From assembly GCA_021324855.1 (NCBI GenBank), contig JAJPIG010000028.1:1579-65578 (forward strand): a DNA stretch of 64,000 bases. Reading direction: 5' to 3'. Below are positions 20,538-29,952 of this stretch, piece by piece. Source of the DNA: Pseudomonadota bacterium (lineage in GTDB: Bacteria > Desulfobacterota > Binatia > Binatales > Binataceae). Within the stretch, counting starts at the first letter, position 1, and each line of letters begins with the position of its first letter. Below the pieces are notes generated by a model that worked only from the letters and a program-made list of their open reading frames with translations, was not told where the DNA came from and did no database searches. A program made the translations under genes and the position numbers.

Positions 20538-20906
20538 ATGCGGCAGCGGGAGTTGGAGCTCTTTCATCGACTGTTGGAGGAACGCAGGCGCGATCTGCTG
20601 CTCGAAGCCGAGCGGGCGCTGGGCGCGATGAATAACCGGCCCGAAGAGAGCTGCGCCGACCCCAACGACCGCGCCTCGCTGGAATCTGACCGTAATTTTG
20701 TGCTGCGGATGCGCGATCGCGAGCGCAAGCTGTTGTCGAAGATCGACGAAGCTTTCGCGCGCATCGAAGCCGGCAGCTACGGACGCTGCGAAGAATGCGG
20801 CGGCGACATCGGCATCGAGCGCCTGCGGGCGCGGCCTGTAACGACGCTCTGCATCACCTGCAAATCAGCCCAGGAAGCCCGCGAGCGGCAGAATCCCGCG
20901 CGTTGA
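20538..20906 (+). CDS. dksA: RNA polymerase-binding transcription factor DksA
   Basis: 3' part of ORF 19338..20906; DPNDRA coiled-coil tip, RDRERKL, CEEC...CITC zinc finger. Confidence 0.93.
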   Translation: MRQRELELFHRLLEERRRDLLLEAERALGAMNNRPEESCADPNDRASLESDRNFVLRMRDRERKLLSKIDEAFARIEAGSYGRCEECGGDIGIERLRARPVTTLCITCKSAQEARERQNPAR

Positions 20907-20925
20907 ACCAGTTCCGAATTGGTCG

Positions 20926-21795
20926 ATGAAAATTTCGCGCGCCGTCATCGTCGCGGCCGGCCTCGGCACCCGGATGCTCCCGGCCTCGAAGGCAATTCCG
21001 AAAGAGATTTTGCCGGTAGTCGATCGGCCGGCGATTCAATACGTGGTCGAAGAGGCGGTGGCCGCGGGTGTGAGCGAAATCATCGTGGTCATCAGCCCGG
21101 GCCGCACCACCGCGCTGGATCATTTCGAGACCGCGCCCGAGCTGGAGCGCCATCTGGAAATGCGCGGCAAGGACGAGATGCTCGACACCATCCGGCGGAT
21201 CGCCACGATGGCCCACTTGACGGCCGTCGAGCAGGCCGAGCCGCTCGGCCTCGGTCACGCCGTCCTCCAGGCTCGCGATGCGATCGGCGGCGAGCCTTTC
21301 GCTGTCATGCTGCCCGATGATCTGTTCGATTCCAAGCGTCCCTGTCTCGGCCAAATGATGGCGGAGGCGGAGCGGCTCGATGCGCCGGTGGTGGCGCTAC
21401 TCAGGGTCGCGAAGTCGGAGGTCCCGAAATACGGAATAGTCAGCGGCCGGAAAATCGCAGAGCGGCTCTATCGATTGACCGGAATGGTCGAGAAGCCCAC
21501 GGTAGACAAAGCACCGAGCGATTTAGCGATCGTCGGACGGTACATCCTGCCGCCGGAAATTTTCGAGATCCTTGCGCAGGGTCGTCCGGGCGCGGGTGGC
21601 GAGATCCAGTTGACCGATGGTCTCATCGAGCTGGCGGGGCGCAGACCGCTATACGGCTACGAGTTCGAGGGCACGCGCTATGATATCGGCGATCCGTTCG
21701 GGTTCCTGACCGCGCAGGTCGGGTTCGGCTTGAAACGGGCGGACCTCGCTGATAATTTTCGAGCCTATCTCAGGACGATTATCTCGTCGTCATAA
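20926..21795 (+). CDS. galU: UTP-glucose-1-phosphate uridylyltransferase
   Basis: AAGLGTRMLPASKAIPKE, PLGLGHA, LPDD, VEKP, GEIQLTD. Confidence 0.95.
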   Translation: MKISRAVIVAAGLGTRMLPASKAIPKEILPVVDRPAIQYVVEEAVAAGVSEIIVVISPGRTTALDHFETAPELERHLEMRGKDEMLDTIRRIATMAHLTAVEQAEPLGLGHAVLQARDAIGGEPFAVMLPDDLFDSKRPCLGQMMAEAERLDAPVVALLRVAKSEVPKYGIVSGRKIAERLYRLTGMVEKPTVDKAPSDLAIVGRYILPPEIFEILAQGRPGAGGEIQLTDGLIELAGRRPLYGYEFEGTRYDIGDPFGFLTAQVGFGLKRADLADNFRAYLRTIISSS

Positions 21796-21806
21796 CCACC
21801 CGGGTT

Positions 21807-21882
21807 GGGGCAGTAGCTCAGCTGGGAGAGCACTACGTTCGCAACGTAGGGGTCGAGGGTTCAAATCCCTTCTGCTCCACCA
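21807..21882 (+). tRNA. tRNA-Ala (anticodon CGC)
   Basis: GGGGCAG acceptor with G3:U70, anticodon arm CTACG-TTCGCAA-CGTAG, GGTTCAAATCC, CCA end; 76 nt. Confidence 0.96.
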
Positions 21883-21917
21883 TCCAGTCCGCCTGATTCG
21901 GGACATCGCAGAGAATC

Positions 21918-21980
21918 GATCGAAAATCGCACGTGTACGCGCGATTTTCGATCCGATACGTACCCGGAGAGCGTCTCCGG
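21918..21980. repeat. Two inverted repeats downstream of tRNA-Ala
   Basis: GATCGAAAATCGC (21918-30) with GCGATTTTCGATC (21941-53), 13 bp perfect; CCGGAGA/TCTCCGG (21964-80). Confidence 0.85.
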
Positions 21981-22095
21981 CGGCGCCATTCGCCAGAATT
22001 TGCCAAAACCTATCCGGGCGTGATTTTGCCTAAATCCATCTGCAAAAGCGCACGATGCGTGACAGAAGACTACACAGAGGCCAAGCCTCGCAGTT

Positions 22096-22295
22096 GTGCG
22101 GACCGTCTCGATTCGCATCAATCCGATTCTCCAGGTTCCACCGCGGAGTTACGAGGTCCATTGGACAGAGGAGAGCCGCGATCTCAACGGAGTTTCTGAT
22201 GGACAGCGGACTCAATGGGAGGCTGCGCTCCAGACCGAGATTGAACCACCGGACTCCAGCGACAGCATCGTGAACAAATCCGCGGCGTCTTTTGG
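22096..22295 (+). pseudogene. TrbF/VirB8-family conjugation protein fragment
   Basis: TVSIRINPILQVPPRSYEVHWTEESRD...WEAALQTEIEPPDSSDSIV, then a frameshifted NPRRL (degenerate NPLG); resembles the TrbF/VirB8 C-terminus; no N-terminus. Confidence 0.65.
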
Positions 22296-22380
22296 AAAGG
22301 AAACCGTGCCATCGCGAAGCGGCCCGTCCATGGCGCGATAACTTGGCCGCCGATCGTGAAAGAGCTGGGACCGTAGCGCG

Positions 22381-23235
22381 TTACTTTTTCTCCGGCGCGA
22401 AGAAAAGCAGGGCGCGGACCTCGATGCTCTCGCGCGGCGGCGCGTCGGGCGGGCTGGTTGGATCCTTGAACGAAGTATGGCCGGTGAAGCGCGCGCGCCC
22501 GTCGGTCATCGAATCGTAGCCCTTAAGCAGCACGACTTCATTGCGCTCCATCCGCGGGAAGTAGTACCAGCGATGCTTCGGGTTGTGCTTGATGGTGTAG
22601 ATCTCGCCGACGCGATTCGGGTAATGGCGGTACGTGGCGACGAAATCGCTCTGGTCCATGCTGCGCGCGTCGCATACCGCGAGCGGCCATTCCATCACGG
22701 GCCCGCTGATCGGACGCCATACGTTCACTTCGGTGAATCGATGCTTTAAGCGCTCCGCGGCCTCCTCGGGCGGCAGCAGTTCGCCGACGCGCTGCGGTCC
22801 CGAAGTCATCGTGTAGTCGTTATGCGCCGATTGTACCGGCTCCTTGACGCCGGCCGCCTTCTGCTTCGATGAGCCTGCACGGCGGACCGTGTGATCGAAT
22901 ATCACCACCTTCTCGGCGCCGGTAGTCTTTTTGAGCAGCTCGATTACCTCAGGATAGTAAACGCGCCGGACTTCTTCATCGTCATAAAAATCCTTCACCG
23001 CGGTTTCATGCCTGACCAGTTCGAAGCCCTGCACATCCAGCGAGAGTTTGCCGATGAGCGGGCGGCCGTTGATGATGGGCATCGTTTGCGGCGCGAAGCG
23101 CAGGTTGCTGTCCGGCCTGCCGTCCGGCGGCGTGTACGCGTACGTGGTCGGCGGCTCCTTCATCGGACCGAGATAGTTGAGCGATCCCTCGACGCGGTCG
23201 TACGCCTGCTCGATCGAAACTGCGCTGCTGGCCAT
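22381..23235 (-). CDS. CmcJ/NvfI/AsaB-family oxidoreductase (Fe/2OG-like)
   Basis: GFEL, YYPE, FDHTVR, AHNDYT, NVWRPI...[23 protein letters not shown]. Confidence 0.85.
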   Translation of the reverse strand: MASSAVSIEQAYDRVEGSLNYLGPMKEPPTTYAYTPPDGRPDSNLRFAPQTMPIINGRPLIGKLSLDVQGFELVRHETAVKDFYDDEEVRRVYYPEVIELLKKTTGAEKVVIFDHTVRRAGSSKQKAAGVKEPVQSAHNDYTMTSGPQRVGELLPPEEAAERLKHRFTEVNVWRPISGPVMEWPLAVCDARSMDQSDFVATYRHYPNRVGEIYTIKHNPKHRWYYFPRMERNEVVLLKGYDSMTDGRARFTGHTSFKDPTSPPDAPPRESIEVRALLFFAPEKK

Positions 23236-23253
23236 AACGATTAGCTCCCTCGC

Positions 23254-24228
23254 TTATGAGTGCTTGAGCTTTTTCAGTTCCTCGACCGTCTCCGGCACCG
23301 CCTTGAACAGATCGGCGACCAGGCCAAAGTCGGCGACGCTGAAAATCGGCGCGTCGGGATCCTTGTTGATCGCCACTATGGTCTTCGAGTCTTTCATCCC
23401 CGCGAGATGCTGAATCGCGCCCGAGATGCCGACCGCGATATAGAGTTCCGGCGCGACCACCTTGCCGGTCTGGCCGACCTGCAGATCGTTCGGCACGAAC
23501 CCGGCATCGACCGCGGCGCGGCTGGCGCCCATCGCGGCGCCAAGTTCATCGACCAGCGGCTCGAGCACGGTCTTGAAGTTTTCGCCCGAGCGCAGGCCGC
23601 GCCCGCCGGAAACCACGATGCGCGCCTCAGTGAGCTGCGGACGATCGCTCTTGGTCTGATTGAAGGCGACGAACTGCATCTTGAGCGCGCCGTCATCGAG
23701 TTCGGCGGGAACTTTTTCCACCGGGGCGACGCTGCCTGAAGGCTGTGCGGCGTCGAATGCGGTGGCGCGCACGGTCACGACCTTGATCAGACCCTCCATC
23801 TCGATGGTCGCTAGCGCATTGCCCGCGTACATCGGGCGGACCAGCGTATTGTCGTCATTGATCGCCACGATATCCGAGGCCATCGGCGCGTCGAGACGCG
23901 CTGCAAGCCGCGGCATCAGGTCCTTGCCGACCGCCGTTGCAGTCGCGAGCAGGTACTCGGAGCCGAGCTTTTTCACCAGCGCCGAAATCGCAATTGCATA
24001 GGCATCGGCGAGGTAGTCTTTGAGCGCCGGATGCTCTAGCGCGATTACCTTGCTCACGCCAAACTTGGCGAGCTCGGAAGCGAGCGCACCGACATCGGCG
24101 CCGGCCACGACCGCTAGGCAGCTTCCGCCGCGCTTTTTCGCGAGCTCGAGGCCCGCATTCACCGCGACCAGCGTGGTCTTGGGAAAATGTTCACCGAAAT
24201 ATTCGGCGAAAACCAGTACGTCACCCAT
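23254..24228 (-). CDS. etfA: Electron transfer flavoprotein alpha subunit
   Basis: [54 protein letters not shown]. Confidence 0.97.
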   Translation of the reverse strand: MGDVLVFAEYFGEHFPKTTLVAVNAGLELAKKRGGSCLAVVAGADVGALASELAKFGVSKVIALEHPALKDYLADAYAIAISALVKKLGSEYLLATATAVGKDLMPRLAARLDAPMASDIVAINDDNTLVRPMYAGNALATIEMEGLIKVVTVRATAFDAAQPSGSVAPVEKVPAELDDGALKMQFVAFNQTKSDRPQLTEARIVVSGGRGLRSGENFKTVLEPLVDELGAAMGASRAAVDAGFVPNDLQVGQTGKVVAPELYIAVGISGAIQHLAGMKDSKTIVAINKDPDAPIFSVADFGLVADLFKAVPETVEELKKLKHS

Positions 24229-24254
24229 CGATCGCTCCCGAAACCGTCGCAGGT

Positions 24255-25004
24255 TCAGATGACTTTGGCATCACTATGCAGTAACTGGACCAATTCGGCG
24301 GCCGATTCGACCTTGCGTCCGGCCTCGCGCTTGGGCGGCGCGGTCAGTTTCTTTATGCGCAGGCGTGGAGCGAGATCGATGCCGAGGCTCTCGGCCGCGA
24401 TTTCCTTCAATTCTTTCTTACGCGCTTTCATGATGCCGGGCAGCGAAGCGTAACGGGGTTCATTCAGGCGCAGATCGGTCGTGACCACCGCGGGAAGTGG
24501 AAATGCGATGGTTTCAAGGCCGCCGTCGACTTCCCGCGTCACCTTGCATTTGCCATCTGCGAATTCAATTTGCGAAGCGAACGTCGCCTGTGGCCATCCG
24601 AGCATCTCGGCCATCATCTGGCCGACCTGATTGGAGTCGTCATCGATCGCCTGCTTGCCGAGGATGACCAGGTCGGGTTTTTCGTCGTTGACGACCTTCA
24701 CCAAGATGCGCGCGATCGCGAGCGTGTCGAGCGGCTGATCGGATTTGACCAGGATCGCGCGATCCGCGCCCATCGCCAGCCCGGTCCGTAGCTGCTCCTG
24801 CCAGGTTATCTGGCCGATCGAGCAGAGCACGATCTCACCGGAGCCCTGCTTCTCCTTGATGCGCAGCGCCTCTTCGATCGCGATTTCATCAAAGGGGTTG
24901 ATTACCCACTTGATGTTGTCGGTGGCGATCCCGGAACCATCGGGCAGCACGCGGATGGTGGTGGCCGGGTCGGGAACGCGCTTGACGGGAACCAGAATCT
25001 TCAC
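24255..25004 (-). CDS. etfB: Electron transfer flavoprotein beta subunit
   Basis: VKRVPD, NPFDEIAIEEA, AMGAD, GKQAIDDD, REVDGG, DLRLNEPRY. Confidence 0.97.
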   Translation of the reverse strand: MKILVPVKRVPDPATTIRVLPDGSGIATDNIKWVINPFDEIAIEEALRIKEKQGSGEIVLCSIGQITWQEQLRTGLAMGADRAILVKSDQPLDTLAIARILVKVVNDEKPDLVILGKQAIDDDSNQVGQMMAEMLGWPQATFASQIEFADGKCKVTREVDGGLETIAFPLPAVVTTDLRLNEPRYASLPGIMKARKKELKEIAAESLGIDLAPRLRIKKLTAPPKREAGRKVESAAELVQLLHSDAKVI

Positions 25005-25151
25005 GAGCGTCGCTCCAATCGTTTCATGATGACCGGAAATTCGCCTGCCGGATGGCCCACAAGGGCTTTTTACGCCGGTGGGATAATAGCCGGGCGAATC
25101 TTGATCATACAGCGTGATGCTGGAGTCGGCATGCCCCGGAGCCGCCGACCA

Positions 25152-25934
25152 CTACTCATTGTAGCCCAAACGATGCGATAGTTCGCGGCCCGCTTCGAGA
25201 ATCAGCGGCGCGATCTCAGTGCCAATGCGCTCATGCGTCACCCGGTACGCGGGGCCCGCAACGCCAAGCGAACCGACCACCGAGCGCGTGTAATCGCGAA
25301 TCGGAACTGCGACCGAAGCGACGTCTTCGAAGTATTCGCCTGAGTCGACCGAGTATCCATCGCGAACCACATTGCGGAGCTGTTCAAGCAGTACGGCGCG
25401 ATCGACAATCGTGCGGTCGGTATGCCGGGGAAGCTGCTCCGGCAACATCGCCTTCACCTGCTCCTCGGGATCGAACGCGAGCTGCGCCTTGCCGGCGGCG
25501 GTGCAATGCAGCGGCAATGCTTCGCCGATCGGAGTCGTAATCTTGACGGCGCGGCCTTCGGGCTCAGCGGCTTCCAACGGTACGATGCCGTCGCGGCGCA
25601 GGATCGCAACAAAGGCGCTTTCGCTGCATCGCTTGGCGACGTCATTGAGGATTGGCCGGGCCTGGCGCACGAGTCCCATATGATGGATATAGCGGCGGCC
25701 AAGATGGAGGCATTTGACGCCCAGCCGATAATTTTCGGAGGTTCGATTCTGTTCGATGTAGCCGCGCGCCTCGAGTGTCGCGAGCAGCCGAAAGACGTTG
25801 TTCTTATGCAGCTTCAGGCGCTTCGACAACTCGGTGACGCCGAGTTCATCGAGATCGCCAAAGTATTGCTCCAGCACGTCGAGCGCATGGGCCACAGATT
25901 GGATGATGTAGTTCGTCTTATCCCGCCTAACCAT
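25152..25934 (-). CDS. IclR-family transcriptional regulator
   Basis: QSVAHALDVL, GVTELSKRLKLHKNNVFRLLATL HTH, PLHCTAAGK, SVAVPIRD. Confidence 0.93.
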   Translation of the reverse strand: MVRRDKTNYIIQSVAHALDVLEQYFGDLDELGVTELSKRLKLHKNNVFRLLATLEARGYIEQNRTSENYRLGVKCLHLGRRYIHHMGLVRQARPILNDVAKRCSESAFVAILRRDGIVPLEAAEPEGRAVKITTPIGEALPLHCTAAGKAQLAFDPEEQVKAMLPEQLPRHTDRTIVDRAVLLEQLRNVVRDGYSVDSGEYFEDVASVAVPIRDYTRSVVGSLGVAGPAYRVTHERIGTEIAPLILEAGRELSHRLGYNE

Positions 25935-26083
25935 GCGGTTTTTCCTCCATTGGACGCGGATCGGAAAAGCTGGCGACGTCCTCTGAAAAGGCGTTTTAAT
26001 CTAGGCGTCATGCTGACTCGATGTCAACGACGAACCGTGCAGATTCACGAAATTGATGTAAACCCTTGTTTTGATTACGTTTT

Positions 26084-26731
26084 ATGACCATGCCACGCTC
26101 GCCACATGGCCCCACCTTCGGACCCGAGCAGTTCCGCCGGATCGACGAATTCGATGATGAAATCTTCTATGATGGTCCGCGTCTGACCGTCCATATCGAT
26201 GACTCCGCGCTTGCGGCAGTCAGCGAAATCTACGGCAATCGCATTCGCCCAGGCGCCGCCATCCTCGATTTGATGAGCAGTTGGCGCTCGCACCTGCCCG
26301 AAACTCTTCATCCTGTACAGGTCGCAGGTCTCGGACTTAGCCGCGTCGAAATGGAAAACAACCCGGCGCTCACTGAAATCGTGGTCCACAACGTCAATCG
26401 CGAGCCGCGGCTGCCATTCTGCGCTCTCACGTTCGACGCTGCCGTGATGACTGTCTCGGTCCAGTATCTGATTCATCCAATCGAGACCTTTGCCGAGATC
26501 GGCCGCGTCTTGAAACCGGATGCACCGTTTATCGTCACATTCTCCAACCGGATGTTTCCGACCAAGGCCGTCGCGATCTGGGTCAACTCATCGGAGCGCG
26601 AGCGCGTGGCCCTAGTCGAGCGCTATTTCGATGAGAGCGGAGTCTTTCGTGATGTCGAATTCATCGATCGAAGCCGGCGCCCGGGTCCGCCGTCGGATCC
26701 GATTTACGCCGTGCTCGGAATACGCGAGTGA
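26084..26731 (+). CDS. Class I SAM-dependent methyltransferase (type 11)
   Basis: FYDGPRLTVHIDD, LDLMSSWRSHLP, VSVQYL, TFSNRMFPTKA. Confidence 0.85.
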   Translation: MTMPRSPHGPTFGPEQFRRIDEFDDEIFYDGPRLTVHIDDSALAAVSEIYGNRIRPGAAILDLMSSWRSHLPETLHPVQVAGLGLSRVEMENNPALTEIVVHNVNREPRLPFCALTFDAAVMTVSVQYLIHPIETFAEIGRVLKPDAPFIVTFSNRMFPTKAVAIWVNSSERERVALVERYFDESGVFRDVEFIDRSRRPGPPSDPIYAVLGIRE

Positions 26732-26787
26732 TTGATGAAACCGATTGCGAATCGAGTAAATTCGATACTATGGAGGCGAGTTGATCG

Positions 26788-27507
26788 ATGCCCGCGCTCG
26801 AAATCGAACCGCTCGATGCTCCGCCGAGCGAGGCCGGGCCCGATAGGCGCACGCGGCGCGAGCAGCCGCTGCCGATCCGGCTCACGCACTGGTTCAACGT
26901 CCCGCTGCTCGTCCTGATGGCTGCGAGCGGGCTGCAGATCTTTTATGCCTATCCGGAGCTGGGTCCGCGCGGCGCGCTCTACCGATGGTATCCGCTTCAA
27001 GGCGTGCAACCGCCGTCGTGGATTCGGTTCGGCGGATGGCTCGCTGGCGCGCGCCATTGGCATTTCGCGCTGGCCTGGTTCCTGATGCTCAACGGCGCTG
27101 TCTATCTCGCGTATTTTTTCTGGAGCGGCGAATGGCGCCGGCGGTTGTTCCTTCCGAAACGCGACGCCGCCAACGCGTTGCGGATGTTCGCCTACTACAC
27201 GCACATCGCACGCACTCCGCAGCCTGACGATTTCTACAATGGTCTTCAGCGGCTCGCGTACACGATTGTGATTATCGTCGGCATCGTGATGGTCCTCTCG
27301 GGGCTGGCGATCTACAAACCGGTGCAGCTTCATTGGCTCACGATGCTCTTCGGCGGCTACGACGGCGCGCGCGTGGTTCATTTCGCCGGACTGTGCATCC
27401 TGGCGATGTTCGTCGCGACGCATCTGGTGCTCGTCGCGGCTCATCCGCGCGACATCATCAAGATGATCACCGGAGGCGGCCGTGCCGCGCTCGATAGACC
27501 GTCGTAA
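26788..27507 (+). CDS. Cytochrome b/b6-domain membrane protein (YdhU/PhsC-like)
   Basis: RLTHWFN, SGLQIF, WHF, YNGLQRLAY, SGLAIYKPVQ, RVVHF, H in last helix. Confidence 0.88.
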   Translation: MPALEIEPLDAPPSEAGPDRRTRREQPLPIRLTHWFNVPLLVLMAASGLQIFYAYPELGPRGALYRWYPLQGVQPPSWIRFGGWLAGARHWHFALAWFLMLNGAVYLAYFFWSGEWRRRLFLPKRDAANALRMFAYYTHIARTPQPDDFYNGLQRLAYTIVIIVGIVMVLSGLAIYKPVQLHWLTMLFGGYDGARVVHFAGLCILAMFVATHLVLVAAHPRDIIKMITGGGRAALDRPS

Positions 27508-28174
27508 GTTGATTTTGGGCGGCACCGCCGCATCGCTCCTCGCCGGATGCGACAATCGGGCGAGCGCGTGGTTCCTCAAGGCGATGGAGCGCTGGAACGA
27601 GCATTTCCAGGCAGCGCTCTTCTCGCCTCATCGGCTTGCCCCCGAATTACCGCCCGGAACCGAGACGCCGCTCAGGGATTTCCCTCAGTACTACATCTCC
27701 GACGATCTGCCGGAGGCGCCCGACGATTGGACGCTCAAGGTCGGCGGCATTGTAAGGCGCCCGCAGGTTCTTACGTTGGACGAGCTAAAAAAAATGCCGC
27801 GCACGGCGATGCGCATCCAGCATCATTGCGTCGAAGGATGGTCGGCGGTGGCGGCCTGGGCCGGCGTGCGAGTCAGCGACATCGCACACCTAGCCGGACT
27901 CGATCCGCGCGCGCGCTATGTCGAGTTCCGCTCGTTCGATTCGGGATACTGGTCGTCATGGGATTTGCCAAGCGCGTTTCACCCGCAGACCATCCTGGCT
28001 TACGAGATGGACGGGATGCCGCTGCCGCCCGGCCATGGCGCGCCGCTCCGGCTCTATTCCGCGGTCAAGCTCGGCTACAAGATGGTCAAGTATTTGACCG
28101 AGGTGAATTTTCTTCCGAATCGCACAGGCGGCTACTGGGAAGATCAGGGCTACGAATGGTTCGCCGGCGTCTGA
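27482..28174 (+). CDS. Molybdopterin-dependent oxidoreductase (sulfite oxidase/MsrP-like), putative Tat lipoprotein
   Basis: DRRKLI twin-arginine plus LLAGC, HHCVEGWS (Mo-ligating Cys), HPQTILAY, HGAPLRL, GYKMVK, GYWEDQGY. Confidence 0.9.
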   Translation: MPRSIDRRKLILGGTAASLLAGCDNRASAWFLKAMERWNEHFQAALFSPHRLAPELPPGTETPLRDFPQYYISDDLPEAPDDWTLKVGGIVRRPQVLTLDELKKMPRTAMRIQHHCVEGWSAVAAWAGVRVSDIAHLAGLDPRARYVEFRSFDSGYWSSWDLPSAFHPQTILAYEMDGMPLPPGHGAPLRLYSAVKLGYKMVKYLTEVNFLPNRTGGYWEDQGYEWFAGV

Positions 28175-28280
28175 TCGCCCTGATGGACAGCCGGGGCCAG
28201 CCCGAATACAAGTGGAGCGAAGCATCCGACCGCATCACTGCAAGAAAAGCGGTGCGGGTTGCGGTCAGTCGCTTATCATT

Positions 28281-28676
28281 ATGATTGCCAATCGAGGATT
28301 GCGCCATCTTGCCATCCGCGTCGCCGACGTCGAGCGCGCGAAGGAGTTTTATTCGCGCGTATTCGGGATGAAGCTCGTTTGGCAGCCCGATCCGGACAAC
28401 GCCTACCTGAGCGGCGGATGCGACAATCTTGCGCTCCATCGCGGAGAGGGCGGCGACCCCCAGGCCCAACGCCTCGATCATCTAGGGTTCGTCGTTGCCT
28501 CGATTGCCGAGGTGGAGGCGGCGTGGGAATGGGCGAATCGCAACCAGCTTTCGATCGTGCACCCGCTGCGGCGTCATCGTGATGGCTCAGTCTCGTTCTA
28601 CATCGCAGATCCGGACGGCAACGTGATCCAGGTGCTCTACGAGCCCGCCATCAGCCCGCTGCGCTTCGAAGGCTGA
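28281..28676 (+). CDS. VOC/glyoxalase-family protein
   Basis: LRHLAIRV...AKEFYSRVFG, LDHLGF, FYIADPDGN. Confidence 0.88.
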   Translation: MIANRGLRHLAIRVADVERAKEFYSRVFGMKLVWQPDPDNAYLSGGCDNLALHRGEGGDPQAQRLDHLGFVVASIAEVEAAWEWANRNQLSIVHPLRRHRDGSVSFYIADPDGNVIQVLYEPAISPLRFEG

Positions 28677-28707
28677 CCGCCTAGCCCGGTAGAGGGTAGA
28701 GGTCACG

Positions 28708-29820
28708 ATGATCAGGAATCGCGTCAGCGCCGAAGCGACGGCCGCATATGCCCGCCGCTTCCCGAAACTCGACGGCAACTACCGCCCGATGCTCGGGCTG
28801 TCGGTGTCGTCGATCGGAATCGGCACCTATCTCGGCGACCACGATGATCGCACCGATGCCGAGTACGAGGCCGCGCTGCGTGTCGCGCTGCTCGGCGGCA
28901 TCAACCTGGTCGACACGGCGGTGAATTATCGCTTCCAGCGCAGCGAGCGATGCGTGGGGCGCGTGATCAAGGAACTGGTCGGGAGCGGCGAGTTGCGCCG
29001 CGAGGAGATCGTGGTCGCGACCAAGGGCGGCTACATCACGTTCGATCGCGAGTTGCCGGCGAATCCGCGCGAGTGGTTCAACGAGAACTACGTCAAGCCG
29101 GGAATCATCGGAGCGGGCGAGCTGGTCGAGGGCTCGCATTGCATGACGCCGCGGTATCTCGATCGGATGCTCGCGATGAGTCTCGAGAATCTCGGCCTGG
29201 AGAGCGTCGACATCTATTACCTGCATAATCCCGAGACTCAGCTTGCGGCGGTCAGCCGCGATGAATTTCGCGCCCGCATTCGCCGCGCCTTCAAGCTGCT
29301 GGAAAGCAAAGTTGCGGAGGGCAAGATCGGCGTCTATGGCGCGGCGACTTGGAACGGCTTCCGCGTCGCGCCGCGCGATCAGTCGTATCTGTCGATCGCC
29401 GAGCTGGTCGGCCTTGCACGCGAGGTCGGCGGCGCGGACCATCACTTCCGCGTCATCCAGATGCCGTACAATCTCGCGATGCCCGAGGCGTTCACGGTCA
29501 TCAACCAGGCCACGCCCGATGGCGAGAACTCGCCGCTCGCCGCCGCCGGCGCGATGGACCTCGCGGTCTGCGCCAGCGGGTCGCTGCTGCAAGGCCGATT
29601 GACCAAGGACTTGCCGCCGGTGGTTGCCGAAGCGATGGCCGGGCTCGCGAGCGACGGACAGCGCGCAGCACAGTTCGTCCGTTCGACGCCCGGCATCAAC
29701 GTTGCGCTGGTCGGGATGAAGACCGTCAGACACGTGCGCGAGATGCTCGAGCTCGCGAGCCATCCGCCGGCTACCCGCGACTCCCTGATGAAGCTCTTCA
29801 AGCCTGCTCCTCAAGACTGA
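28708..29820 (+). CDS. Aldo/keto reductase
   Basis: IGIGTY, INLVDTAVNY, ATKGG, DIYYLHNP, GKIGVYG, IQMPYN. Confidence 0.9.
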   Translation: MIRNRVSAEATAAYARRFPKLDGNYRPMLGLSVSSIGIGTYLGDHDDRTDAEYEAALRVALLGGINLVDTAVNYRFQRSERCVGRVIKELVGSGELRREEIVVATKGGYITFDRELPANPREWFNENYVKPGIIGAGELVEGSHCMTPRYLDRMLAMSLENLGLESVDIYYLHNPETQLAAVSRDEFRARIRRAFKLLESKVAEGKIGVYGAATWNGFRVAPRDQSYLSIAELVGLAREVGGADHHFRVIQMPYNLAMPEAFTVINQATPDGENSPLAAAGAMDLAVCASGSLLQGRLTKDLPPVVAEAMAGLASDGQRAAQFVRSTPGINVALVGMKTVRHVREMLELASHPPATRDSLMKLFKPAPQD

Positions 29821-29952
29821 TTCCGATCGCAATTGGTCGGAGGGGGGTGTTGTCTGCTCGCGGGAGGGTTACAATGGCGCCGTCGCATCGCTTGGCGATC
29901 CGGAATTAGCAGGACCGCTCTGGACGGAGCGGTGCGCAAGGACTTCGAGAGG

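Noticed and set aside
25055-25071. GCCC-ACAA-GGGC-TTTTT hairpin
   Set aside because: Only a 4-bp stem, and oriented on the plus strand where no gene ends.
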